Source: Myxococcota bacterium
Lineage (GTDB): Bacteria > Myxococcota_A > Polyangia > Nannocystales > Nannocystaceae
Direction of reading: 5' to 3'
Length of the DNA stretch: 64,000 bases
Assembly: GCA_039028615.1 (NCBI GenBank)
Contig: JBCCHT010000017.1
Coordinates: 32,001 to 96,000, forward strand
Positions 38,338 through 48,156 of this stretch are shown here, piece after piece; positions within the stretch are counted from its first letter, which is position 1; every line of letters begins with the position of its first letter. The position numbers and the translations under genes were made by a program. Below the pieces are notes generated by a model, which did not search any database, was not told where the DNA came from, and saw nothing but the letters and a program-made list of their open reading frames with translations.

Positions 38338-40716
38338 ATGAGCCGCCCGCAGCTCCAGGACTCGCTCGCATCGTGCGTCGAAGCCGTCACGGCGGGGCGC
38401 TGGCGGCTGGGCCGAGCCGAGCAACGGGGCGACGGCTTGCGCCTGCCCGTCGATCTGGGCGGCGAGGGTGAGACCCGAAGCCTGGTGCTCGAGGTCCGCG
38501 CGGTGGTCGAAGGCCAGCGCAGCTACAAAACCATCGGTCGCTATGCGCTCAGCTACCAGGGCAAGGAGCTGCCCGCAGTGGCGCGGGGGCTGCTCGACCC
38601 GGTGCTCGTCGCCATCGCCAAGGTCCTACACGAGCTCGATTTCGATCCGAGCGCACAGCCGCCGCCGCGCCCCGAGACGGTCGTGCGCGAGCGCGGGCCG
38701 GCCTTGTTCCCCACGCCGTACCAGTGCGCGCAGCTCGATGCCGAGACGCCGCTGAGCCAGGCCGACATCGAGACATTCCGACGCGATGGACACGTGCTGG
38801 TACGCCGCGCCCTGCGTCGCGACGTCATCGTCGCCGCTCGGCCCCCCATGCTCGAGGCGCTGGCCAGCCCGCCCGAGGAAGCCTCGAGCAAGGACACCCG
38901 CGAGGACGCCTACGCCCGCGCGTTCCGGCAGATCACCGACCTCGGTCACTCCAACGTCACCGTGCGGGCGTTCGCGTATGGCCGCCGGGTGCTCCGCATG
39001 GCCGCCGACCTCATGGGCGTGGAATCGGTGCGTCTGTTCTGCGAGGACTGGCTGATCAAGGAGCCGGGAGCCAGCATCACCCCCTGGCACCAAGACGAAG
39101 CGGTCTTTCCCTTCGAAGCGGAGCAGAGCATCACCTGCTGGATCCCGCTGCAAGACGTGCGCGACGGCGACGGCCTCATGCGCTTCGCGACCGGCTCCCA
39201 TCGGCTCGGCCTGGCGGACATCGAGGACATCAGCGACACCAGCGAGTCGGAGTACGACCGCATCATCGAGCGCAACGGCCTGACGGTGGACACCCAGCCC
39301 CCCGTGTTCTCGGGCGACGTCAGCTTCCATCACGGCCGCACGATCCACGGCGCCTTTGCCAACGACAGCGACCGGCATCGCGTGGTGCTGGCCCTGCACT
39401 GCTTCGCCGACGGGGCGCGGATCAAGCCGCCGACGACCCCGAAGATGGCGCGGCTGCTCACCACCGCCTTGCCCGGTGCCGAGCCCGGCGACCTCGCCCA
39501 GAGCGACCGCTGGCCGCGGGTGTACGAGCGAGACTCGGTGCGGACCGAGGTCGGTGAGCCTCGTGCCCGCGAGCGGCTGCACCTGCGCGCCCGCTGGCTG
39601 CCCGATGCGACCGAGCTTCGAGACCTGTGGATCGTCGACGGCCGCATTCGCCTCGAACCGGTGGACGGTGCCACCACCATCGCGGAGCCGGGCGGCTATC
39701 TCACCGCGGGCCTGGTCGAGTGCCACGGCCACATCAGCTATCCGCAAGACCGAGACTCGCCGGTCGGCACGCCCGCCTGGATGAACGGAAAACGGGCCGA
39801 GTACGCGGCCACGGGCGTCCTGTTGATCCGCGACATGGGCGCGGTGGGAGACGAGATCACCGACCTCACCGACTGGCCGGGGCTGCCCCGAGTCCAGGCC
39901 GCGGGCAACATGGTCCTGCGCTACGACGACTTCCCGTTCACGTGCACCGAACCCGAGGCGCTGGTGGCGACGTGCATCCGACGCATGGAGGCCGGCGCCC
40001 GGTGGGTGAAGATCTTCTCCGACTGGTCGAGCGACTACCGCGGCCGGGTCAACACCGGCTTTCGCGGCGACGATGCGTTGACCTATGCGCCCGACCTGCT
40101 CACCGCCGCCGTCGCGGCCGTGCACGAACGAGGAGGGCGCGTCGCCGCCCACTGCTTCACCCACACGGGCGCCGAAGCCTCGATCCGCGCTCGCGTCGAC
40201 TCCCTCGAGCACGGCTGGGGCATCGACAAAACGTTGCTCGACCGAATGGTGGACGCGGGCATCGCCTGGACCCCGTTGGTCGGCATCGCGGTGCACATGT
40301 GGCGAGCCGCCCAGCGCGAAGACCAGAGAGACCGTATGATCTGGGTGCAGGACGCGATGGCCGGGATGGAACGACATTTGCCGCTCGCGGTGGAGCGAGG
40401 GGTCCCGCTGCTCGCGGGCACCGACATGTTCCCCGAGGTCAGCTTGGGCGACGAGGTCCGGCAGCTGTGCGAGCTGGGCGTCGAGCCGACGACCGCGGTG
40501 GGAGCCGCGAGCTGGGCCGCGCGCGCATGGCTGGGCGAGTCGGGCATCGAAGAAGGAGCGCCGGCCGATCTCGTGCTGTTCCGCGAGGACCCGCGTATCG
40601 ATCCCACGGTGTTGGGGAGTCCCGAGCTCATCGTCTCCGGGGGCGAGCGCGTGACCCCGTCCGTGGCCGACATCCGGCCGAGCTACGTCTCTTGGAGTCA
40701 GCGGGACGAAGCCTGA
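38338..40716 (+). CDS. Fusion: small accessory domain + PhyH-like Fe(II)/2OG dioxygenase + amidohydrolase
   Basis: FRRDGH, TPWHQD, TCWIPL, FHHGRTIHGA; then GLVECHGH, IRDMG, VKIF, AAHC, LEHG, AGTD, GAPADLV. Confidence 0.85.
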   Translation: MSRPQLQDSLASCVEAVTAGRWRLGRAEQRGDGLRLPVDLGGEGETRSLVLEVRAVVEGQRSYKTIGRYALSYQGKELPAVARGLLDPVLVAIAKVLHELDFDPSAQPPPRPETVVRERGPALFPTPYQCAQLDAETPLSQADIETFRRDGHVLVRRALRRDVIVAARPPMLEALASPPEEASSKDTREDAYARAFRQITDLGHSNVTVRAFAYGRRVLRMAADLMGVESVRLFCEDWLIKEPGASITPWHQDEAVFPFEAEQSITCWIPLQDVRDGDGLMRFATGSHRLGLADIEDISDTSESEYDRIIERNGLTVDTQPPVFSGDVSFHHGRTIHGAFANDSDRHRVVLALHCFADGARIKPPTTPKMARLLTTALPGAEPGDLAQSDRWPRVYERDSVRTEVGEPRARERLHLRARWLPDATELRDLWIVDGRIRLEPVDGATTIAEPGGYLTAGLVECHGHISYPQDRDSPVGTPAWMNGKRAEYAATGVLLIRDMGAVGDEITDLTDWPGLPRVQAAGNMVLRYDDFPFTCTEPEALVATCIRRMEAGARWVKIFSDWSSDYRGRVNTGFRGDDALTYAPDLLTAAVAAVHERGGRVAAHCFTHTGAEASIRARVDSLEHGWGIDKTLLDRMVDAGIAWTPLVGIAVHMWRAAQREDQRDRMIWVQDAMAGMERHLPLAVERGVPLLAGTDMFPEVSLGDEVRQLCELGVEPTTAVGAASWAARAWLGESGIEEGAPADLVLFREDPRIDPTVLGSPELIVSGGERVTPSVADIRPSYVSWSQRDEA

Positions 40717-40720
40717 GCCC

Positions 40721-42364
40721 ATGTCTGCCGAGCCACGCATCGCGTTCCTGGCGCGAGACCTCGTCTGGGCCGACAAATCCGGCGGCGTGCTTCCGTTCTC
40801 CTACGCCGCCCGCAAGCTCGATGCATCGCTCAAGAGCGCCCCCGACCTCGAAGGGGTCGAGACCACGCTCATCGATCTGCGGACCGACGATCCCGAGGCG
40901 TTCTTCGAACGCATTCGGGAGTTCCGCCCCACCCTGGTCGCGGCCTCTACCTATATATGGTCGGCCAAGGTCTTCTGCGAGGTCGCGCAGCGGGTGCGGG
41001 AGTGGGACCCGAGCGTGCGCTTCGTGATGGGGGGCCCCGCCGCTCGCCCGTCCCTGCTGTCCTTGCCTCCGTATGCGCCCTACCATCGCACCATCGACGC
41101 GGTGGTGCTGGGCGAAGGCGAGGAGGTCATGCGCGAGCTGGCCCGCAAGCACCTGCACGACGATTGGCGCAGCGAGATCGAAGGGCTGGTGCTCTCCTCC
41201 CCGCTCGGCTGGCGGCACGGCACGCCGCAGGAACGCCCCGCGCTCGACGGCTACGCCTCGCCCTATCAGCTCGGCACCGTGCCCCGCGACGACGTCGGCT
41301 TCCTCGAGACCTTCCGCGGCTGCCCCATGAGCTGTGCGTTCTGCCAATGGGGCGACGAACGGTCCGATCGCGTGCACTCGGTCGAGTACCTCGCCGGGCA
41401 CCTGCGCGGCATGGCGGAGTCGGGCGTCGAGCGGGTCTACGTGCTCGATGCCGGCTTCAACCTCAGCCCGCGCGCGTTCCGAAACCTCATCGCCGCCGAG
41501 CAGCGCGAGCACGTGCTCGAGAACTGCCAGGTCCTCGGCCACATCTACCCGTCGCACGTGCGCGACGATCAGCTGGACTTCCTCGACACCTTTCGGCGAG
41601 CCGAGGTCGCGGTGGGGATCCAGAGCTTCGACACCGACGTGCTCGACGCCCTGGGCCGTCCCTTCGACATCCCGCGCTTCGAGTTCGTGATGAACAAGAT
41701 CCGCGGTCGGCTCGACATCGATCTCGAGCTCATCTTGGGCCTGCCCGGCGACAACCCGCGTGCGTTCCGAAAGACGCTCGAGCGCGCCATGGAGTTCGCC
41801 ACCACGGTGCGGGTGTTCTACTGCCTCGCGCTGCCCGACGCCCTGCTCGAGCGCGCCGCCGAGCTCGACCTCGAGTTCGATCCCGAGACCTTCATGCTCA
41901 CCCGCTGCGCGGGCTGGACCCACGAACAGCTGCAGACGGAGTGGGCCCGGGTCCTCGAGATCGCCCAGTCTTGCCATCGCCCTCATATCGGCCCCAACTG
42001 GGTCGACTTCCGCCCCAATACTCCCGCGAAGGCCGAGCGGACCGAGCGGCCGACCCGTCGCGACGACTCGCTGTCTGCCGCACGCGTGGCCCCGGTCGGC
42101 GAGCAGATCGCGGGCGCGGGTGTGGGCTGGAGCCTCGACACCGCACGGGCCCACCACGGCACGCTCTTGCTCGCGTTGGGCGGCGGTCGCGACGGGCTGA
42201 CGCTCGAGATCACCGCGGCGGCCGAAGGTCAGCGACACTTCCGAGAGCTGGGTGGCGTCGCCTACTCCTATCGCGGTGCGCTCGGCAACGGTGACGCCGA
42301 GCGACTGACGACGTTGATCCCTCGCATCCACGCGACGGTGAAGGACCTGCTCGAGTCGCTCTGA
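40721..42364 (+). CDS. B12-binding radical SAM protein with C-terminal accessory domain
   Basis: STYIWS, VMGGP, GEGE, ETFRGCPMSCAFC, GIQS, ILGLPGD. Confidence 0.88.
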   Translation: MSAEPRIAFLARDLVWADKSGGVLPFSYAARKLDASLKSAPDLEGVETTLIDLRTDDPEAFFERIREFRPTLVAASTYIWSAKVFCEVAQRVREWDPSVRFVMGGPAARPSLLSLPPYAPYHRTIDAVVLGEGEEVMRELARKHLHDDWRSEIEGLVLSSPLGWRHGTPQERPALDGYASPYQLGTVPRDDVGFLETFRGCPMSCAFCQWGDERSDRVHSVEYLAGHLRGMAESGVERVYVLDAGFNLSPRAFRNLIAAEQREHVLENCQVLGHIYPSHVRDDQLDFLDTFRRAEVAVGIQSFDTDVLDALGRPFDIPRFEFVMNKIRGRLDIDLELILGLPGDNPRAFRKTLERAMEFATTVRVFYCLALPDALLERAAELDLEFDPETFMLTRCAGWTHEQLQTEWARVLEIAQSCHRPHIGPNWVDFRPNTPAKAERTERPTRRDDSLSAARVAPVGEQIAGAGVGWSLDTARAHHGTLLLALGGGRDGLTLEITAAAEGQRHFRELGGVAYSYRGALGNGDAERLTTLIPRIHATVKDLLESL

Positions 42365-42431
42365 GTTCGGGCCCCTCGCCGCGCGGCCTTCATGGCCATT
42401 CGGCACCGTGCCCTTTACCATTGGAGGCGGT

Positions 42432-43580
42432 ATGGACGTTCACCAGCACCTGCGAGCCCTCCTCGCCCCGCTCACCGTGGGGGAGGACGTGCTGCCCGGG
42501 GTGAAGCTGGATGGAACCTCGACCGAGCTGGGCATCCGGCTGCGGCTCAAGGCCGGCGAGCAGCGCATCTGGATCGACGTCACCCCCGTCGATCGCACCC
42601 CACGATGGGCGGCGCGCTCGAAGCTGCTGGCGATCAGCTACCGCGACGAGGGCGGCCACAACGTCGTCGACCAGAAGCTCGGGCTGGCGGTCTGCCAGCG
42701 AATCGCGGGCATCATCGCGGGCAACGAAGACGCGGTCATCGAGGCCTTGCGCGAAGAAGCGGCGGCCGAGGCCCCCGTCGATGCGCGCATTCGCGAGGTG
42801 TTCGTCCCCACCGCGCTCGATGCCGCGGGCCCGGCCGACAATCCCTACTACACCATCAACCCCTACGTCGGCTGCGTGATCGGGTGTCGGTTCTGCTACG
42901 CGCAGACCACCCTCGGGCTCATGCGGCAGATGATGGGGCTGGTCGAAGTGCCGTGGGGCAGCTGGGTGGAGGTCCGGGCCAACCTGCCCGAGGTGCTGAG
43001 CGAAGAGCTGGCGCGGCTCCCTCCCCGACCGATCAAGTTCTGCCCCATTGTCGGCGACGCCTACCAGGCCGTGGAGAAGAAGCACTGCATCACGCAGCGC
43101 TGCCTCGAGGCCATTCGCGACAGCGGACGCCCCTGGCCCACGCTCATCCTCACTCGCTCCACGCTCATGGCGCGAGACCTCGAGCTGATGGCCACCCTGC
43201 CCGCACCCTGGGCCGGCGTCTCGCTCCCCACCGTCGACGACGAGGTCCGCAAGCACTTCGAGCCCCGGGCGTCGAGCGTGCCCGAGCGCCTCGAGCTGCT
43301 GGCCACCCTCCGCAAGGCCGGCATCAAGACGGTCGCGGTGGTGCAGCCGCTGTTCGCCGGCCCCTTGGAAGAGCTCGCGGATACCCTGGCCGAGTACGTC
43401 GACGGGGTCTCCTGGGACGTGCTGCGCGGGGAGGAAGGCGCGGAGAAGGACTTCGACGATCCACGCTTCGAGCAGACGCGCACCGAGGACTGGCAGCGCG
43501 ACCGCGCCATCGCCATGCTCGGGATGCTGAAAGATCGCGGCGTGGCCGTGTGGGATTCCGACCTCCCGCCGCAGCCCTGA
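42432..43580 (+). CDS. SPL/Rv2578c-like radical SAM protein with N-terminal accessory domain
   Basis: INPYVGCVIGCRFCYA, DAYQAVE, ILTRS, FEPRASS..ERL; GGAGG RBS. Confidence 0.85.
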   Translation: MDVHQHLRALLAPLTVGEDVLPGVKLDGTSTELGIRLRLKAGEQRIWIDVTPVDRTPRWAARSKLLAISYRDEGGHNVVDQKLGLAVCQRIAGIIAGNEDAVIEALREEAAAEAPVDARIREVFVPTALDAAGPADNPYYTINPYVGCVIGCRFCYAQTTLGLMRQMMGLVEVPWGSWVEVRANLPEVLSEELARLPPRPIKFCPIVGDAYQAVEKKHCITQRCLEAIRDSGRPWPTLILTRSTLMARDLELMATLPAPWAGVSLPTVDDEVRKHFEPRASSVPERLELLATLRKAGIKTVAVVQPLFAGPLEELADTLAEYVDGVSWDVLRGEEGAEKDFDDPRFEQTRTEDWQRDRAIAMLGMLKDRGVAVWDSDLPPQP

Positions 43581-43595
43581 TCCCCGCTCGCAGGC

Positions 43596-45308
43596 TCAGC
43601 TTCGATCGAGGCGCACGAGGCGAATGGCCGGGACGCCATCGCCGTCGACCCCCACCGCGAAGTCGCCTTCGAGGGTCACGGTGACGCCGGCTCGCTCGGC
43701 GGCGCGGGTCATGGCTCCCTCATAGGCCCCCGCGTTGCCCTCGTCTCGCACGGTGACCGCCGCGGGCAGCACGATGCGAGCCGGCAGCGCTCCCGGGTAG
43801 TCCATGAGCAGCCCGAAGCGCGTGTCGACACACTCCATGTCGCCGTTGGGGCAGCTGTTGAAGACTCGCTCGAGGCGAACGGTGGACAGCTCGCCGCGCC
43901 CCAGTGAATCGATGACCCCCGCGAGGTTGTAGTAAGTCGTGTAGAGGGTCGCGTCTGGATCGGGATGCTCCATCAGGTACGTCATCAGGCGCTGCTCGGC
44001 CCGCGCATTGATGGGCATCGGCACGTCGTCGATGTCGCTCAGGCGGCTGTAGATCGCGTGGGTCAGCCCGAACATGAACAGGGACGCGATCGCGATGGAC
44101 GCCCGCACGGGGTTGCCGAAGCCGGCGACGTTCTTGTCCCCGAGCCATCGCACGAAGGAGGTGATCGCGGTCGCGATGGTGATGGCGAAGATCCCCTGCA
44201 GCGGGGCGTAGTTGGCCCCCTGGGGCTTGTTGTAGAGCTTCAGGCTGATGACGATGAACGCGACGATCAGCAGCCCCGAGATGGCCTCGACCGGGTGCCC
44301 GCCGCGGGAGAGCATCACCCGGACCGCCTGCACCACCACGTAGATCATGCACAGGCCGATGAGGGCCCCGGTGAGGATGCCGATGACGCCCAGCGGCTCC
44401 CAGTCGGGGCTCGAGTACGAGGCAGTGTCCGACGCGAAGCGGATGACGTTGAGCAACTCGCGGCCCACGTCGGCCAGGGTCGTCGAGCGCGAGAAGAACG
44501 AGGTGCGGTTGGAGACCTGCTGGTTGAGCCGGTCACCGCTGAAGACCACAGCGGGCCCCCACAGCGGAATCAGGCCGATCACGAAGCCCACCGCCGCCTT
44601 GCCCACGTCGCCGCGCGTCACCCGTTGCAGGGCCTTCACCCGCCAGGCGACGGCTACGATGATCGTCAACAGGAACACCGCCTTGACGTTCGAGGCGGTG
44701 GCGAGACCGATGAGCAGCCCGGTGAGCCAGGGCCGCCGCGGCGTGGTGTTGCCCTTGGGCCCCAGGACCACCAGCGCGGCCATCAGGATGAGCAGCCACG
44801 GCGCGACCTCGAACTGCAGCAGCGTGGCGTGCAGCAGGATGAACACGGGGCTCACCGCCATCACCAGGGTCGTGATGCCCGCGGTGAGCTCGTCCTGCAG
44901 GCGGCTGACCACGCGGTGGACGAGGAACAGCGAGAACAAGCCGACGAGCAAGACCCATCGGCGCAGGCCGATCACCGTGCCGTCGTGCAGCGGCCAGCCC
45001 AGCAGCGCGTGCCAGTGCGGAATGCCCGACGCGTACGACGCGATGAGCACGGGCAGCGTCAGCCCACCTACGCACACCGCGAGCTGCGGTCGCCCCTTCG
45101 AGGACACGGTGTCCGGCGGATCCTCGTCGGCACACGACGGCTCCAGCTCGAGCTGCTCCGTCTGCGGGTTCATCACCAGGACTCGGGCCGGCCGCGTGGG
45201 GAAGGTCGAGATCTCCTCGTGGTGTGCCGGCGTGCGTCCCGAGGTCCAGATGCCCAGCGCGAGGAAGAGCAGCCAGGACACGACGAGCAGCACGGGCACG
45301 CGACGCAT
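43596..45308 (-). CDS. Polytopic membrane protein, GT-C (ArnT/PMT)-like
   Basis: About 10 hydrophobic segments, acidic loop motif HHEE after TM1, GLLIGLA...K. Confidence 0.55.
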   Translation of the reverse strand: MRRVPVLLVVSWLLFLALGIWTSGRTPAHHEEISTFPTRPARVLVMNPQTEQLELEPSCADEDPPDTVSSKGRPQLAVCVGGLTLPVLIASYASGIPHWHALLGWPLHDGTVIGLRRWVLLVGLFSLFLVHRVVSRLQDELTAGITTLVMAVSPVFILLHATLLQFEVAPWLLILMAALVVLGPKGNTTPRRPWLTGLLIGLATASNVKAVFLLTIIVAVAWRVKALQRVTRGDVGKAAVGFVIGLIPLWGPAVVFSGDRLNQQVSNRTSFFSRSTTLADVGRELLNVIRFASDTASYSSPDWEPLGVIGILTGALIGLCMIYVVVQAVRVMLSRGGHPVEAISGLLIVAFIVISLKLYNKPQGANYAPLQGIFAITIATAITSFVRWLGDKNVAGFGNPVRASIAIASLFMFGLTHAIYSRLSDIDDVPMPINARAEQRLMTYLMEHPDPDATLYTTYYNLAGVIDSLGRGELSTVRLERVFNSCPNGDMECVDTRFGLLMDYPGALPARIVLPAAVTVRDEGNAGAYEGAMTRAAERAGVTVTLEGDFAVGVDGDGVPAIRLVRLDRS

Positions 45309-45429
45309 CAGGGACGACACGATCACCCGCTTAGCACAAAACCCCTGCCCGAGGGGGCGAACAGTGCGGCGGGACGGCACCCGAGGCCCCATTCGACCGC
45401 GGTCGGCGAGACGTACTAATCTGGGGGTC

Positions 45430-46218
45430 GTGAGTGCGACCGCTTCGAGCTTGGGCCAGGCCGATGCCGAGGCTCTGACCGCGCTGCGGGAGCAGGGCTA
45501 CTGGGTCTTCGAGCACGCGTACTCCCCCGAAGAGGTGGCCTTTTTTCGCGACCTGCTCATGGGCGAGTGGGACAAGCTGGGGCGACCAGCTCTGGCCGCG
45601 AGCCCTCCCGTGCGACCGGCGGACAACGTCGAGGTGGGGCCGGCGGGGATCATCTTCCACGGACTGTCGAGCGCGTACCCGCAGGTCGTTCCGCGGCTAT
45701 ACAAGCCGAACATCATCGCGACCATGCGCGGCCTGCTGGGCGAGGGCATGCGCCTGGAGCTTCCGGCCGGGGTCCTGAGCGACGAGACGCGCCCCTTCTT
45801 CGACTGGCACACGCACATCGACGGGGTCGACGACGCGCACTACGACAACAAGCGCCCCTTCTCCGATTTCGAGACCTCCGCTCGGGTCACGCACCTGCTC
45901 TATCTCGACGATCTCGACGAAGACAACGGGCCCCTGCTGGTGCTGCCACGCAAGATCACCGACCCGACCCCGCCGCCCTACGAGACGACCCAGAACTACT
46001 GGCCGGGCCAGGTCGAGATCAACTGCCCAGCGGGCAGTGTGGTGGTGATCGAGCAGTGCACCTGGCATGCCGCCTACCAGAAGAAAGAGCCCGGGATTCG
46101 GGCCTTCGTGGGCAGCTACTTCCGGGCCGCGCATGCTCCCGCCACCCCGCTGACCGATCCCAAGCTCGCCGAGTGGGACGGGGACGACCCCCTCTTCGCT
46201 TCGCTGGTCGGACCCTAG
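45430..46218 (+). CDS. PhyH-like Fe(II)/2OG dioxygenase
   Basis: LREQGY, WHTHID, LYLDDLDEDNGPL, AGSVVV..TWHAA, R.FV. Confidence 0.8.
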   Translation: MSATASSLGQADAEALTALREQGYWVFEHAYSPEEVAFFRDLLMGEWDKLGRPALAASPPVRPADNVEVGPAGIIFHGLSSAYPQVVPRLYKPNIIATMRGLLGEGMRLELPAGVLSDETRPFFDWHTHIDGVDDAHYDNKRPFSDFETSARVTHLLYLDDLDEDNGPLLVLPRKITDPTPPPYETTQNYWPGQVEINCPAGSVVVIEQCTWHAAYQKKEPGIRAFVGSYFRAAHAPATPLTDPKLAEWDGDDPLFASLVGP

Positions 46219-46230
46219 AGCGTCTTGCCC

Positions 46231-48093
46231 ATGACTCGGCCGGTCTCGAAATCGCGACTGTGCCTGCTGGTGTTCTTGCTCGGCATCGTCGGGCTGGCGT
46301 TGTCGAGTCTGTGGGTGCCGGCCGAGGCCGAGCCGCGCACCGAGACGGCGAGCGCCGAGCCCGATGCTCCGGCGATCGCGACGATCCCCGCGTGCCGCGA
46401 TCCCAGCGGACCCGAGCGACCGGTGATTCAGCCGGGGCGCGAGGTCGCCATGCTCGATTGGATTGCACCGCTGAGAGAAGGCGGCGTCGGGGGGCTGTCC
46501 GTCCACGGGGTGAGCCTGGCGAGTGATCACCTGCAGATCCGCCTGGAGGGCGACGTCGCGGGCGAGTGCGCCTTGCCGCGCTGGTCCGGCACCGCGGGGG
46601 TGCTCGCGATCGGCTGCGGAGGGCTGGATCTCGAGGGCCTGCCGCCGCCCGAGGGGCAGGCCCAGCACGGCGACTTCGTCAGCGCCTGGTGGAGGTGCGA
46701 CCGCTCGACGCCCTTCGACGGCCAGCAAAGCCTCGAGTCCCTCGCCGCCCGCTACGACGGCGACATCTGGGGCACGACCCTCGACGCCAGCGTCCCGACC
46801 TCGGAGAGCCCGTCCAGTGCCGTCCCCGAGGGGTGGGATGTGTCCGAGCCGGTGTCCGTGTCGAGTCAGGGCATCTTGGGCCCCGCCGCGCAGGCGCTGG
46901 GGTCGTCCCCGTCGGCGGTGATGCAGTGGACCTTCGTGCTCGGCGCGTTGGTATCGCTGGTCGCGTTCATCGTCCTCGGCGATGCGAGCACGCCACCCGC
47001 CGCGAGCTCGGACGCCGACCCACCGAGCTCGCGAAGGCAGCCGCTCATCACCCTCCTCGTGCTCGTCGCGGTGGTGCTGGCTGCGGTCGCCCTGCGCGGC
47101 TGGCTCGGCTCGTCGGCGGTTCTCGACAGCGACGAAGACGTGTGGGGCCGCGCCTCGCAGCTCCCCGTGTTCGCCGACGACCACGACGCCTGGGTGCACC
47201 CGCCGCTCTATCGGCTCCTTCAGCACCGCTGGTCCGCATTCGCCTTCGACCGCGCCGCCTCCTCGATCGCATGGCTACGCGGCCCGAGCATGGTGGCCAG
47301 CATGATCGCCGCCGCGACAGTCGCCGCACTCGCGTGGTTCCGCGGCTCGAAGCCGGTGGGGCTGCTCGTGCTCGGCCTGTGCGTGGGCAGCCCCGTGCTC
47401 GCAGAAGCCGGAGTCATCGCGCGCCCCTACGGTCTCGCTTCGATGCTCTTCGCCGTGGTGCTGCTCGCCCTGCACGGTCGCGAAGACCGTCCCTCGTGGC
47501 CCAGCGCCACGCTCGCGGCCGGCCTCGTCCTGTGGTGTGACCTGCTCTACGGGGCGGCCGCACTGCTGCTGGTCGTGCTCGAGCTGGTGCGACGACAACG
47601 ATCCCGCGAGCATCGATCGTGGCCGACCATGGCGTGGGTCGCCTTTGCGCTCGGGCTATGGAGCGCACCGCTGCTGCCGGGGGCACTCCACCCCGCCCGA
47701 GCCGACAGCACGCTGATCCACAGCGGCGATCGAGCATCCGAGGACAACCCCGATCTGCGCCCGGAAGATCCGATGACCACGCGCGCCGCGACCGTGGCCT
47801 CGTTCGCGGGCTGGGACCTGGGCGCGCCCGTCGGCCTCGCGAGCGCGGTGGGACTCGTCGCGCTGTGCATCGCTCGCCGCCGATCGGAGCCCGCGCTCCT
47901 GCTGGGCGTCGCCTGCTTGGCGGCGGGGGCCGCCGCGGCCGTAGTGGAATTGCGCCCGCGGAACATCTTGTTCGTGCCCTTGGCCACCACCGCGGCGTGG
48001 CTGGTGCTGCTCGACTCGCAGCTCAGACCACGCGACCGCCCGATTGACGCGAAACCCGAACCAAAGCCCACGGACGCCGACGAAGCGTACTAA
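46231..48093 (+). CDS. Membrane protein, GT-C (PMT/ArnT)-like
   Basis: DSDE, HPPLY, WLRGPS and ARPY motifs; multiple TM segments. Confidence 0.6.
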   Translation: MTRPVSKSRLCLLVFLLGIVGLALSSLWVPAEAEPRTETASAEPDAPAIATIPACRDPSGPERPVIQPGREVAMLDWIAPLREGGVGGLSVHGVSLASDHLQIRLEGDVAGECALPRWSGTAGVLAIGCGGLDLEGLPPPEGQAQHGDFVSAWWRCDRSTPFDGQQSLESLAARYDGDIWGTTLDASVPTSESPSSAVPEGWDVSEPVSVSSQGILGPAAQALGSSPSAVMQWTFVLGALVSLVAFIVLGDASTPPAASSDADPPSSRRQPLITLLVLVAVVLAAVALRGWLGSSAVLDSDEDVWGRASQLPVFADDHDAWVHPPLYRLLQHRWSAFAFDRAASSIAWLRGPSMVASMIAAATVAALAWFRGSKPVGLLVLGLCVGSPVLAEAGVIARPYGLASMLFAVVLLALHGREDRPSWPSATLAAGLVLWCDLLYGAAALLLVVLELVRRQRSREHRSWPTMAWVAFALGLWSAPLLPGALHPARADSTLIHSGDRASEDNPDLRPEDPMTTRAATVASFAGWDLGAPVGLASAVGLVALCIARRRSEPALLLGVACLAAGAAAAVVELRPRNILFVPLATTAAWLVLLDSQLRPRDRPIDAKPEPKPTDADEAY

Positions 48094-48156
48094 CCTTGGA
48101 GAGCATGAGCGCAGCCGCCTCGAGCACGGACCCGGGGGTCGAACGGTAGTCGAGCC

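Noticed and set aside
42432..43580. Spore photoproduct lyase (splB) call
   Set aside because: Only the SPL-like family motifs are evident; context and the accessory domain suggest another role.
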